From a virus, in the IMG/VR virus record IMGVR_UViG_3300045988_103765: 64,000 nucleotides of DNA; one strand, written 5' to 3'. The notes below the pieces were generated by a model that worked only from the letters and a program-made list of their open reading frames with translations, made no database searches and was not told the DNA's origin. Made by a program: the position numbers and the translations under genes. Below, piece after piece: positions 37,136-46,541 of the stretch (the first letter of the stretch is position 1; the number at the start of each line of letters is the position of its first letter).

Positions 37136-37984
37136 TTACTTCTTGCTACCAACGTTTTCATCAACTATTTTAGCATCATCAAACATTGCTGCTACCTTTG
37201 ATGCTTTATCCTTATCAATCAAAGGCTCGTCACCAGCAACATCTACATAATCCGGAGTATCTGCACTGCGGAATATAGCTTGGTCATCCCGTATAGCATT
37301 CTGCATTTCAACTGACAATGGAGCTTTCCGAGATAAGTGCAACTTAATTATGGTCTTTCGGCACATTTCATGGAAATCAGTTACCCATTTTGAACTGTCA
37401 CGCACATTAGCATACTGACTTTTATATGTCTGCGAATAGCGCAGACCGTGAGCTTTCAGTTCCTCTACTGACATATATAATGTGCTCTCAAATCCGTTCA
37501 AAAGCTGGAAGTAAGATACATAACCGATAATGGGAAGTTCAGAACGCCTTTTATCGTCTTGTTCAAAATTAAAATCTATTTGACCCGTCAATCGGTTGCG
37601 GTTTATAAGCTCTCCTTCTCGTACATCTGTACAATTAATGCACTTGAACTGACCGCTTCGCAATGCCAACTGCACATAAGCCTTATACCCAATCTGAAAT
37701 TGCGCTTCCGTAATACCTAACTTATTGTTCTTGTAAGGTATCAGATAAGCACAACCGAAAGATGGGTCAAGCGGCAAATCGGATGCAGTAGCACGAATAG
37801 CACCATACATAAGCGTTGCTGGCTCACATTCCTGCAATTTTGCATTGTTAGCTACTAAAGATACCAAGTTGCTTACAAAAGCATCCTTTTTATCACTCAA
37901 TACCTTTTTCAAATACTCTTGGGTTGCATTGTGGGATATGTAGCTATTCAGCCTTTGCAATCCCGTTACTTTGTTCTCGCTCAT
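37136..37984 (-). CDS. recT: RecT-family single-strand annealing protein
   Basis: The N-terminal pattern (..KKVLSDKKDAFVSNLVSLVANNAKLQECEPATLMYGAIRATASDLPLDPSFGCAYLIPYK) is typical of RecT. It lies adjacent to an exonuclease gene. Confidence 0.8.
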   Translation of the reverse strand: MSENKVTGLQRLNSYISHNATQEYLKKVLSDKKDAFVSNLVSLVANNAKLQECEPATLMYGAIRATASDLPLDPSFGCAYLIPYKNNKLGITEAQFQIGYKAYVQLALRSGQFKCINCTDVREGELINRNRLTGQIDFNFEQDDKRRSELPIIGYVSYFQLLNGFESTLYMSVEELKAHGLRYSQTYKSQYANVRDSSKWVTDFHEMCRKTIIKLHLSRKAPLSVEMQNAIRDDQAIFRSADTPDYVDVAGDEPLIDKDKASKVAAMFDDAKIVDENVGSKK

Positions 37985-38366
37985 ATTCTTTTAAAATTAA
38001 TTGATATTGTTCTTCTGTAAATTCCTTCCAGTCTAAAATCATAACCCTATACCCAGTTTCCTTCTCTATAAGATTACGGTAATACTCCACATTGAAAAAA
38101 TCATCTTCTTTAGGTAGAAATAAAGAAGCTTGACCTCTACTATGATAATAGACAATGTACCAATAAGAAACGGCAGGAGCATCAATACATGAATATACTA
38201 CACTGCCAATATAACCTAAAAAGAGAATGCCTAAGACTATCCATACTAATGTACTACTAATGGAGTAAAGAAGATGTCCTATGCAAAGCACACCAATTAT
38301 AGACAATATGATAAAGAGGAGAGAAACTATCTCTTTCCCCACAGCCTTTATAATCTTACTTTTCAT
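37944..38366 (-). CDS. small membrane protein (2-3 TM)
   Basis: Hydrophobic N-terminal half. Overlaps both neighbours. Confidence 0.5.
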   Translation of the reverse strand: MKSKIIKAVGKEIVSLLFIILSIIGVLCIGHLLYSISSTLVWIVLGILFLGYIGSVVYSCIDAPAVSYWYIVYYHSRGQASLFLPKEDDFFNVEYYRNLIEKETGYRVMILDWKEFTEEQYQLILKEYEREQSNGIAKAE

Positions 38367-39339
38367 CCTTCACCTCCTTAGTCTTAATCAGTACATAACC
38401 TTTCTTCTTGACTTCCTTCTGGTATTTAGCAAGCAGTTCGGGATGCTCAGAAGCAAACTTTACCTTATCGAATTGCATAGATATGGCTTCATCTACTCTA
38501 CTAATAGTGAAATAGGGGGTCTTTACGCTCTTGATTTCATTCTTGCACAAGAAATCATAGAAACGGGATTTAAATTCCTCTATGCTGTCCTGCTTCTCCT
38601 TTATTGAAACAAGGATATTGTTTACTTGCTTCATCTGTTCTTGAACCTCGGCAGGCAAATAATCCCAATCTATTTCCTCACGTTTGTATTCAGTCATTTC
38701 GGACACGTACTGGGCGGCAATATCCATGCCAGAGGAAATATCAAATACTGGCTTCTTGAATATCACTTTCTTTCTGCTTATCTTATCGGGGTCAAAGGCA
38801 AACTGTAGCTGAAATTCGTCCTCAAACATAACAGAAGCATCATAGTGGCAAAGTTCAAGCTTGAAATCAGCACCTAACTGCTCTGCCAATTCCTTACCAA
38901 GCACATACTCAACATAAAGTTGTTCCTTATAATCTTTATAAGTCTGCTCGATGTCAGTAGTAGTAGCCTTACATTCGACCCATAAGAGCAATGGCTTATC
39001 CCTACTCTCGTCAAAAAGAGAGAAATCAATATGCACGAGCAAACCAAGTCCTTCACGCCCGTATTTCTGACTTCTAAAGCATTTATTGCTCTCCCAACGC
39101 TCATCTACTTGCACCAAGCTGTCATAAATCATATTTTCTATGAAATCACCGTACTGCATGGCAATATTAGTAATGTTTGGTCTTTCATACAGACCTTTGG
39201 CAATGGCAAGACGCTCTACTTGTGCTCTTTGAACACAACCGTTCTTGGCTATAGCGGCAAGAATACGGGCATCTGACCCACCGAGATTCCCAACTCTGGA
39301 CGATATAATTTCGTCCTTGTAACCATAATTGTTCTCCAT
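38356..39339 (-). CDS. YqaJ/lambda-Exo-like PD-(D/E)XK exonuclease
   Basis: Contains GGSDARIL near the N-terminus and HIDFS..VECKAT (D..E.K). It is the partner of RecT. Confidence 0.75.
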   Translation of the reverse strand: MENNYGYKDEIISSRVGNLGGSDARILAAIAKNGCVQRAQVERLAIAKGLYERPNITNIAMQYGDFIENMIYDSLVQVDERWESNKCFRSQKYGREGLGLLVHIDFSLFDESRDKPLLLWVECKATTTDIEQTYKDYKEQLYVEYVLGKELAEQLGADFKLELCHYDASVMFEDEFQLQFAFDPDKISRKKVIFKKPVFDISSGMDIAAQYVSEMTEYKREEIDWDYLPAEVQEQMKQVNNILVSIKEKQDSIEEFKSRFYDFLCKNEIKSVKTPYFTISRVDEAISMQFDKVKFASEHPELLAKYQKEVKKKGYVLIKTKEVKDEK

Positions 39340-39340
39340 A

Positions 39341-39577
39341 TCACTTCATTTTGTTAATAAATTGCATAATATCTTCCCTACTTACGTGACCTCTGCCTTT
39401 AGGCTGCAACAGCATATCCGCAAAGAGGTCTGCAACAACATTGTTGATGAAATCGTGAAGTGTACGCTTAGTCACGCACTCCTCCGATTCAGACATCTCA
39501 ATCTTAGACTTGATTTCTTTAAGAATTTCATTGTTCTCTTCCAGCAAAGCTAAAATTCTATCAATCTTCTCTTCCAT
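39341..39577 (-). CDS. hypothetical protein
   Basis: ORF track 39341..39643. I prefer the internal ATG (MEEKIDRIL). Confidence 0.45.
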   Translation of the reverse strand: MEEKIDRILALLEENNEILKEIKSKIEMSESEECVTKRTLHDFINNVVADLFADMLLQPKGRGHVSREDIMQFINKMK

Positions 39578-39875
39578 TCTCCCATCGGTTAAAATGCTCC
39601 AATGCCCTGCTAAGTGTCTGACAACAAAAAGCACTGACACCAAAATCGTTAGCTGTGGGATATAGAACTCTTGCCTCGTAATGAACTGTCTGACCGTTAA
39701 GAACTACATCAGTGTCGCTACATTCCCTACGTCTGAATACTTCATACCAGCGTACACTCGGATTCTCAATAATCTCAACCATATAAATATACGCATCGTT
39801 GCCTTTGCTAATCTGCTGGAAACGGAAAGGCTTCATACTGCCCTTACCGTTAAATTTTAATTCCAACTCCCTCAT
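39561..39875 (-). CDS. hypothetical protein
   Basis: ORF track. Confidence 0.5.
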   Translation of the reverse strand: MRELELKFNGKGSMKPFRFQQISKGNDAYIYMVEIIENPSVRWYEVFRRRECSDTDVVLNGQTVHYEARVLYPTANDFGVSAFCCQTLSRALEHFNRWENGRED

Positions 39876-39888
39876 AATAATCTATTTA

Positions 39889-40338
39889 TTAAAAGGGTAA
39901 TCCGTCTGGGTCATTTTGGGAAGGCTGATTAAAGGCTTGTGCTGCTACTTGTTGAGCTTGCTTAATCTGCTGCTGTACGGCTGGGGCTGGCTGCTGCCCA
40001 GTAGTAGAAGCTTCCTTCTTTCCACGTTTTATCAAAACATGAGCATTGTTGGCAATGATACTCCAATATTTCACCTTTGTATCTTGGTTTATAGTAGAAC
40101 GCATCATACCCGATACCCAAATACGACTACCTTTCTTAGCATATTGGCATATCTCCTCAGCATCCGCACCAAACAATGTAACATCGAAAAACTCTGGAAT
40201 CCATTCCACATTAGGAGCTTTGCCTTTAGGATAGCTTGCGCATACTGTAATAAATGCAAAACTTTGACCGTTCTTACTTGTCTTCAATTCCGGGTCTTTA
40301 GTAAGATTTCCCTCTACTTCAATTCTATTTACGTCCAT
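39889..40338 (-). CDS. ssb: single-stranded DNA-binding protein
   Basis: The OB-fold N-terminus (NRIEVEGNLTKDPELKTSKNG) and a Gln/Pro-rich linker ending in the acidic tip DPDGLPF. Confidence 0.85.
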   Translation of the reverse strand: MDVNRIEVEGNLTKDPELKTSKNGQSFAFITVCASYPKGKAPNVEWIPEFFDVTLFGADAEEICQYAKKGSRIWVSGMMRSTINQDTKVKYWSIIANNAHVLIKRGKKEASTTGQQPAPAVQQQIKQAQQVAAQAFNQPSQNDPDGLPF

Positions 40339-40339
40339 T

Positions 40340-40585
40340 TTAATTCAAATTTATGTCAGTTTCAAACTTCTTTTCCAAATCATCTTCGCTCATAGATATT
40401 TCATTAAGCATACTCAAACATCTCAGAATATCCTTCTTTATAGATATGGCACAGTCAAAGTCTTCTTCACATCCATCCTTAACTGCTTGTGAGTACATCT
40501 CAAACATAGACTTTATCTCTGAGGTCTGAAATTTTACCAAATCCTCCAAATCATGGTGTAGAACCAATTTAGTTACTTCTTTCAT
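40340..40585 (-). CDS. hypothetical protein
   Basis: ORF track. Tightly packed with its neighbours. Confidence 0.5.
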   Translation of the reverse strand: MKEVTKLVLHHDLEDLVKFQTSEIKSMFEMYSQAVKDGCEEDFDCAISIKKDILRCLSMLNEISMSEDDLEKKFETDINLN

Positions 40586-40627
40586 TTTTACATTTTTTAT
40601 ACTATAACTTTTAGTTATAATGGTTAG

Positions 40628-41260
40628 TTATTCTTGTCTTAACAATGCCTTAGCAATAATATCCGGGTCAATCAGCTTTTTTCCTAATTCCCGAATAGCC
40701 TTGTTGCACGCATCAGTATTCAAATCCACATCGGGAACTAAAGCCTTCATAAGCTCATTCATTAGCTGTGACATCTTATTCAAGTCTAAATGGGCAAATT
40801 TAAGCCTCTTGAACGAAGGGTCTTTGGCAATCATCTCCTGCCTGCGGTACTTCAACTGGCAACAACTATAATCACACATAGTCCTTGCCATTTCCAGCCA
40901 ACTGAAAAGCTCCGAATCCTCGACACAAGCCTTGTTATACTCACTTTTAATAGAATTAAACAGAGCATCGATTTCATCTTGAATAGCGTCCATGAAAATA
41001 TCATTGGAATCGGCAAACTTAGCGGAAGAATCAGCCATCATAGCATTTATTACCTTCTCATATCTACTTCTTTCAAGCTCAACCTTATTCGCCAACTGCT
41101 TTACACGAAAGCGGTAAAAGGGACTTTTCCTTAACCTAAACAGTGCAAATATCACTGTAGCACAAGCAAGGTCGTTAGTAGCCATAATATTATAGCTGAC
41201 AGTGGATATTAGTGCTTCCCGTTCGGAAACAACTACATGTGTATCTTCATATTCCTCCAT
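40628..41260 (-). CDS. hypothetical protein
   Basis: ORF track. Confidence 0.55.
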   Translation of the reverse strand: MEEYEDTHVVVSEREALISTVSYNIMATNDLACATVIFALFRLRKSPFYRFRVKQLANKVELERSRYEKVINAMMADSSAKFADSNDIFMDAIQDEIDALFNSIKSEYNKACVEDSELFSWLEMARTMCDYSCCQLKYRRQEMIAKDPSFKRLKFAHLDLNKMSQLMNELMKALVPDVDLNTDACNKAIRELGKKLIDPDIIAKALLRQE

Positions 41261-41261
41261 A

Positions 41262-41468
41262 TCACTTTTTTCTTATCTGTATGTAGCCACGTGCTTCGGC
41301 AACCTTCAAATCCGGAAGGTCACTTTCCTTAACATCAACGGGTGTCTCACCATTGATGCTGATATAGTCAGAGAATCCGAAGCGCTTGACAATACGGTCA
41401 TACATTCTTGGTGAACCATCGGAAGGCTTGTGCATAGCCTCCTTGGTCCAGTAAATTATCAACTTCAT
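41262..41468 (-). CDS. hypothetical protein
   Basis: ORF track. Confidence 0.5.
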   Translation of the reverse strand: MKLIIYWTKEAMHKPSDGSPRMYDRIVKRFGFSDYISINGETPVDVKESDLPDLKVAEARGYIQIRKK

Positions 41469-41848
41469 TTCTTTTTAACGTATTTCGCCATATATTTGGT
41501 CGGAAACAGCTTCATATCAAACAGCCATTTGATAATCAGAATGACCGTTTCGCCAAAGCTGTCTACCGGATTGTGAAAGGAGATTAAAGTCTTCTCCCCA
41601 TGCTTGGTCTTACGGGTATAGGACAAATTATACACGTATGTCCCCTTACTTATGGTAAATGAGTATGTATAACCATCATCATCCACAATAAAGCCGGGAA
41701 TCATGTCTATCAGACGCATCATACTCCAAAGAGGTATGTCACGTTCCTCGTCGTGCAAGGTCAAATCTGCCGTCCGAGGGTCAATACCCAATCCAAGAAG
41801 CAATTTGGACTGCATGACAGTAGTAGAGTTTGTATTGAACATGTTCAT
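41465..41848 (-). CDS. hypothetical protein (shares an L..LG.D...W..L..M.P motif with 54842..55285 and 57349..57730)
   Basis: ORF track. The paralogue motif was seen by eye. Confidence 0.5.
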   Translation of the reverse strand: MNMFNTNSTTVMQSKLLLGLGIDPRTADLTLHDEERDIPLWSMMRLIDMIPGFIVDDDGYTYSFTISKGTYVYNLSYTRKTKHGEKTLISFHNPVDSFGETVILIIKWLFDMKLFPTKYMAKYVKKK

Positions 41849-41852
41849 AATC

Positions 41853-42218
41853 TCATTCTTTAATTAGTTTCATCCATTTATCTGAATCACACTCGTAAAA
41901 AAGATTGCATCCACGATAGCTTTTCCGAATACCCAAGCAAACACGGATAATAATTGACTTGGTAATGCCCAGCCTGCGAGCCATCTCCGTAGCGGAAGGG
42001 TAGTGACCCACAATCCGACCGTCCTTAATGACTATTACAGCCTTCTGAAAATGAGGCATCTTGGTAGAACCGTCAGCTATCCTCTTTTTCATAATCTCCG
42101 ACAGCTTCTTCTTAGTTTCCTCGGAACAAGGTCGCCCTCCAAATCTCAATCTGTGACCCTTGTTGAACTGCCCCTTGCAATTCCGGTCACGGTAAATAGG
42201 TTCTAAATATAACTCCAT
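41853..42218 (-). CDS. NUMOD3/NUMOD1-type DNA-binding protein (homing-endonuclease DNA-binding modules, no nuclease domain seen)
   Basis: GGRPCSEETKKKLSEIM is NUMOD3-like. YPSATEMARRLGITKSIIIRVCLGIRKSYRG is NUMOD1-like. Confidence 0.55.
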   Translation of the reverse strand: MELYLEPIYRDRNCKGQFNKGHRLRFGGRPCSEETKKKLSEIMKKRIADGSTKMPHFQKAVIVIKDGRIVGHYPSATEMARRLGITKSIIIRVCLGIRKSYRGCNLFYECDSDKWMKLIKE

Positions 42219-42219
42219 A

Positions 42220-42450
42220 TCATTCTCTTAAATAGTCTTCAACATCAATACGACCCTTCTTGCACTCCGAACCGGAAACAATCAAGCTATCCAAAAAGGT
42301 TTCGCCATCGTCAAAGTGAAACGTCACAGATACGTCCCCGACCTCTATGTTGTCACTCGTATTGTCGTTACCGTATATAGCCTCTTGGCAAGCTTCAATG
42401 TAGCGAAGGCACTAGTGAAGGTCTATAGCTTGTTTAAAACTCAAATTCAT
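42220..42450 (-). pseudogene. 76-codon ORF with an in-frame TAG at codon 13
   Basis: ATG 42450 is followed by 12 codons, then TAG (42414..42412), then 63 sense codons with no ATG, then TGA 42222..42220, one nt before the next gene's ATG. It fills the only gap in this operon. Confidence 0.4.
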
Positions 42451-42709
42451 AACTATTTTTTTTCATTATTTCCAAAATCTTATCTCTAAACCCACTTCCA
42501 GCTTTTTCTAAAGTAGCACGGAACTTAACCATATCCTCCTCGGTAGGGGAAAGTAAATAGTCCTCCTTGAAATCGGATTTCTCAATGATTTGTATTCCAT
42601 CAGCCTCTATATCTATCAAGCAAACTCTATCATCCGTGAAAAAGCCTACATAGGACAAGTCTTTGGTTATAAACAGACCCCATCCATCAAACAGTTTTCT
42701 TTCCATCAT
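42434..42709 (-). CDS. hypothetical protein
   Basis: ORF track. Confidence 0.5.
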   Translation of the reverse strand: MMERKLFDGWGLFITKDLSYVGFFTDDRVCLIDIEADGIQIIEKSDFKEDYLLSPTEEDMVKFRATLEKAGSGFRDKILEIMKKNSYEFEF

Positions 42710-43194
42710 CCAAACATCATTTTAACCAACAATCCAGAATAAGCACTCGCAAACAACGCCATTTCCAGCCAGAACAGCCACTTCTTCTTGAACAGCATGA
42801 CAATGCCGGACACAAAGAAGAAAGTGGAAGGGATATACCACATGCCAGAGAACAGCAGCCACAAGGTAGTGCCCAATCCGGCTACTATAGTTCCACCGAA
42901 GTGAACCTTTCTCTGAAACTCCTCCTTGAACAAAGGGGCTGTACCGACAAACATCAGACCGCCACAAGCCAAGAAAGAGAGAAACTGAACACTGTCAGAG
43001 GACAATTCAAGCCATACGGGAACAAGAAGCATAGGACAGAGAACCATAGCAAGCTGAAACAGCCAAGAAGGACGGTGCTTCTCCTTCAAAATGTAGTAGG
43101 TATCTGAAAGCGATGCAGGCAGTCCGCATACCTTCAAAGCATAACCAATGTATGCAACAAGTGTTAATAAAGATAACAGATATAAATATGTCAT
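42706..43194 (-). CDS. integral membrane protein (4-5 TM)
   Basis: Hydrophobic throughout. Confidence 0.55.
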   Translation of the reverse strand: MTYLYLLSLLTLVAYIGYALKVCGLPASLSDTYYILKEKHRPSWLFQLAMVLCPMLLVPVWLELSSDSVQFLSFLACGGLMFVGTAPLFKEEFQRKVHFGGTIVAGLGTTLWLLFSGMWYIPSTFFFVSGIVMLFKKKWLFWLEMALFASAYSGLLVKMMFG

Positions 43195-43258
43195 TTGTTA
43201 ACGATTTTAATATTATCTCAATGCAAATATAGGAAAAATTTCTCTAAAATGTAAACTT

Positions 43259-43681
43259 TTATTGCTGTTTTACAACATTGTGCTGCAAACTTTCACCAAT
43301 ATTGTCGGGATTAAACTTGTGGAAAGGTACAATGAAGGGAAATTTATCCTTAGCAAAGCCATAAGTACCTATCTTCCAGTTAGCAAGAACCGAAACTGGC
43401 TCGTCACTACAGTAAAAAACATAGGAATTATCAGTTAACTCATAAGAGATGGGACACAACGTATTGTTCTCCTCGTCGTACTTGAATCCACGAGAAGCCC
43501 AATGCTCAAACGCAACATCCTCAAGAACACGATACATTCCCTTGTCGGAATAGCAATAAGCAATTTTACCATCACCGTCCAAGTAGCTGAACACAACCGT
43601 GAAAACACCCGAAACATCAGAAAAACTTATTCTTCTCGCGGAGAAAGTCTGAAATAGAACGAATAGTACAGCAATTAGCAC
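43259..43681 (-). CDS. hypothetical protein
   Basis: ORF track. The start is uncertain because of a 65-nt overlap with the upstream gene. Confidence 0.45.
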   Translation of the reverse strand: MLIAVLFVLFQTFSARRISFSDVSGVFTVVFSYLDGDGKIAYCYSDKGMYRVLEDVAFEHWASRGFKYDEENNTLCPISYELTDNSYVFYCSDEPVSVLANWKIGTYGFAKDKFPFIVPFHKFNPDNIGESLQHNVVKQQ

Positions 43682-44003
43682 CTATGACATAGGAATCTTC
43701 AACCCAATAAGAACGCCATTCGTCACCTTTGTTCACAACATAAAGCTCATGATGGGATTGCTCGTCAACAAACACCCGCCTCGCCTCACAAATCACATGG
43801 TCGCAATGGTTCACAAAGATGTGGGAAGAGCCTATCATCAAATCCGAATATTCACAAACAATATCCTTAGCATCTAAACAATGCAAGACAAGGCTATTAT
43901 CCGAATCAACGCCAGATATAACGTACTTATGCCCATTAACCGACAAGGGATAACCATTCAACCACTTGCCAGCAGCAACGTTGAAATGCTCACTACGCTT
44001 CAT
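43617..44003 (-). CDS. hypothetical protein, first gene of the leftward early operon
   Basis: ORF track. Confidence 0.5.
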   Translation of the reverse strand: MKRSEHFNVAAGKWLNGYPLSVNGHKYVISGVDSDNSLVLHCLDAKDIVCEYSDLMIGSSHIFVNHCDHVICEARRVFVDEQSHHELYVVNKGDEWRSYWVEDSYVIGANCCTIRSISDFLREKNKFF

Positions 44004-44052
44004 AAATAAAATCTCCTTTCATATCATTCAAGTTTTTAGTTAAACAACACCG

Positions 44053-44060
44053 CAAATGTA
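44053..44060 (-). promoter_or_regulatory. -7 box TACATTTG (leftward early promoter)
   Basis: Matches TAnnTTTG, 49 nt upstream of ATG 44003. Confidence 0.4.
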
Positions 44061-45229
44061 CTAACTAAATTCTGAAATCCAAATTATAGAAGCGAAAATT
44101 TTAATTTTATTTCGGTCGGACGATAAAATACTTAGGTCTGTGGGTAAAATACGCAAATAAACGTTGTATAAATACAAATAAGGCATACTACCAGCCAAAC
44201 CAATATCCAAGATTCTAAAAAACACGATTTCGGGGGAATTAAAATCATCAGTAGGCAAATATACTACACCCACGGACAATACTTCCCGAAGTCGGAATCA
44301 CGACAACGGCTGAATATCAGACACTTACAACATTTATCCCCAATACGGCAATTTACATAGCGGCTGATAATCAACTGTTTAACCACGGACTAAATTTATT
44401 TTTTTTTATTTTTTCGGAGTTAGGCTATGTGTACCCCACCGTTCCCGGCTACGGTTTACCCCCCCCCATACCCCTATGAAGGATTCTTTGCCCGTCTTGC
44501 TTGTTTGCAGGGGCACTGAGAAACGAACGAAGCACGGAGAAAGCATTGCATACCCGGAACAATTACGGAGGCTTAAACTGGCTGAATATTTAAACCAAAC
44601 ATCCGTTTACGACAAATATTGCATGCAGCTTTCGCCTTGTATGCGCGTGCGTGCGTGCTTGGGCGTGATTAATTAACTACTTAGGCTATATAATATACAA
44701 TACAAATCAGATATAATTATACAATATACAATACAGAGTATATATAATTATTATATATATAATATATATCGTGTGTGTGTATGTGCCTGCCTATGTGTGT
44801 GTGTAGTTGTCTTGCGAAGCAAGTACAACCGTGTGCGCGTAAGAAGTATATATTATTGCTCTCTCATATCTCAGCATTGATATAACGCTATATAGAGCGC
44901 ACGCCCGGATGTGCGCTTGTTGTGTGGGTGCGATTATTACGTAGCTTGCAGTGGCGGTTGTGCCTTGCACGGAAGTTCCGTTTGCATCGCCATAGCTACT
45001 TGCCTGGATGAAGGCAGGAAAGAAGGGGAGGTTACGAAGTTCGGGAACTGGAAAAGTAGGGCTTTCTGTTTTTAGTGGCTACTTGTTTTTTGGTGTTGTT
45101 ATCCTTCATTATCGGCTGTTTTATGTAAATATTTGCGTAATTACGTACTTTATATGTGAATAAGGGTTAAAATACGATAGTTGGATATATTTTTAACGTT
45201 TAATTAACATATATATCAAAATAAAGCCG
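44061..45229. other. non-coding core between the divergent early promoters (candidate origin/regulatory region)
   Basis: No credible ORF. Contains GGCTGAWWAT x3, T9 and C9 runs, three alternating Pu-Py tracts and an AT-repeat core. Confidence 0.6.
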
Positions 45230-45237
45230 TATCTTTG
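45230..45237 (+). promoter_or_regulatory. -7 box TATCTTTG (rightward early promoter)
   Basis: Matches TAnnTTTG. It is followed by a ~400-nt leader before the first ORF. Confidence 0.4.
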
Positions 45238-45645
45238 TAATGTCGAAAGGGAACAAGGAGTTCAACGAAGACAAAGCGATATTTGAAAGACTTACATACT
45301 GAATAAGCGTTGACGCATGAATAGTTACACTGGATAACATTACATGCGAGGGTAGACGCTGTGAGATATTGATATGGTATTAAGCAAGTGCAATAAACGT
45401 AATTGCAGCAAGTATTTAGGAAGTCGTTACCTATACACTACTTAACTATATCTAAGATAATGATATGAAGAAGGAACGGGAAATAGGATATAAGCCTATG
45501 GATATATGGCTATAATATATAGCTGTTATCTGATAGCCATCTGATTTTCCCGTACTTCATCTGTAATGCAGCCTAAGACGGTTACAAGCCCGTGGAAATG
45601 CAGAGTACAGAAAATTGAAAATCAATCACTTAAAAATATAGAATT

Positions 45646-45780
45646 ATGAAAACTTACGATTATCTGGAGAACGTGAAAGAAGACGTTAGAAACTACATTG
45701 AAGAAAATAAAATCGTAGTAACAAGCAGCAACCGCGAAGAAGTGGACGAAATAGAAATAGAAAACGAAACGGAGGAGTAA
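45646..45780 (+). CDS. small acidic protein (44 aa)
   Basis: Below the track cutoff. The ORF MKTYDYLENVKEDVRNYIEENKIVV...ENETEE ends 3 nt before the next start. Confidence 0.4.
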   Translation: MKTYDYLENVKEDVRNYIEENKIVVTSSNREEVDEIEIENETEE

Positions 45781-45783
45781 ACT

Positions 45784-45999
45784 ATGAGAACTTATACTAT
45801 AGATGGATGCAACGAAATGTTTTTAACGTTGCAAGAAGCAAAGAAACATATATGGTTGGCTTATACGCCAAAGGAATGTATTAAGGAACTAACAGACACT
45901 TGTATAGTTAGCTGGAAAGATGGCGAAGTACATTCTTTAACCGCTATCAGAGTAAATAAGAACGGAAAAGTTAGTTATGGTAGAACTGTTAAATATTGA
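45784..45999 (+). CDS. hypothetical protein
   Basis: ORF track. Confidence 0.5.
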   Translation: MRTYTIDGCNEMFLTLQEAKKHIWLAYTPKECIKELTDTCIVSWKDGEVHSLTAIRVNKNGKVSYGRTVKY

Positions 46000-46033
46000 A
46001 AATGTAAAATTGGTAATTTAAAATACAAATGAT

Positions 46034-46441
46034 ATGAAAAAGTTAGAAACATCTCAAATAATCGAAAACATTTTGGCAAACAGAGTAATAACAGAGCGTG
46101 AAGTATTACTTTTGAAAAAACGGGCAAATAATGGTGATAATGAAGCTGCAAACTTTTATCCCAGTTGTGATATCGAAATAGAAGTAACAGAGGAACAAAG
46201 CGCGAAGGGGTATAAGTGGCTTATGAACTTGTATAAGACACCCACGGGAAAGGAACGAAAAAACAATCCGTTCGGTTATCGGGAAATGAATATACTTGAT
46301 AATTACAAGGGTGAACGCTTTCAGTTTGTAGGCTTCTATAATAACGGTAATAGATGGCGCGATTATTATATTCCCATATATTCTTTATGTGGTATGGAAT
46401 ATTACGTAAATAGCGAAGGCAGTATTCATATAATCGGATAA
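46034..46441 (+). CDS. hypothetical protein
   Basis: ORF track. Confidence 0.55.
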   Translation: MKKLETSQIIENILANRVITEREVLLLKKRANNGDNEAANFYPSCDIEIEVTEEQSAKGYKWLMNLYKTPTGKERKNNPFGYREMNILDNYKGERFQFVGFYNNGNRWRDYYIPIYSLCGMEYYVNSEGSIHIIG

Positions 46442-46541
46442 TATGAAAAGAAAACGTATTAATAGGTATGCTCTACTTATTTGTAGGGCATATCAAAACA
46501 AAGTGTATTTTTTCAGTGTATAACTAAAATGGCAAAATAAT

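Noticed and set aside
44061-44676. ORF-track ORFs 44061..44279 (-) and 44476..44676 (+) in the control region
   Set aside because: They span homopolymer runs and repeat tracts, have odd composition, and are not coupled to neighbours. 44061..44279 begins at the nucleotide directly adjoining the predicted leftward -7 box (44053..44060).
44690-44810. Possible CRISPR-like or tandem array in the AT/GT repeat block
   Set aside because: There is no regular repeat-spacer periodicity, only short degenerate AT motifs and (GT)n-like tracts. No cas genes are present.
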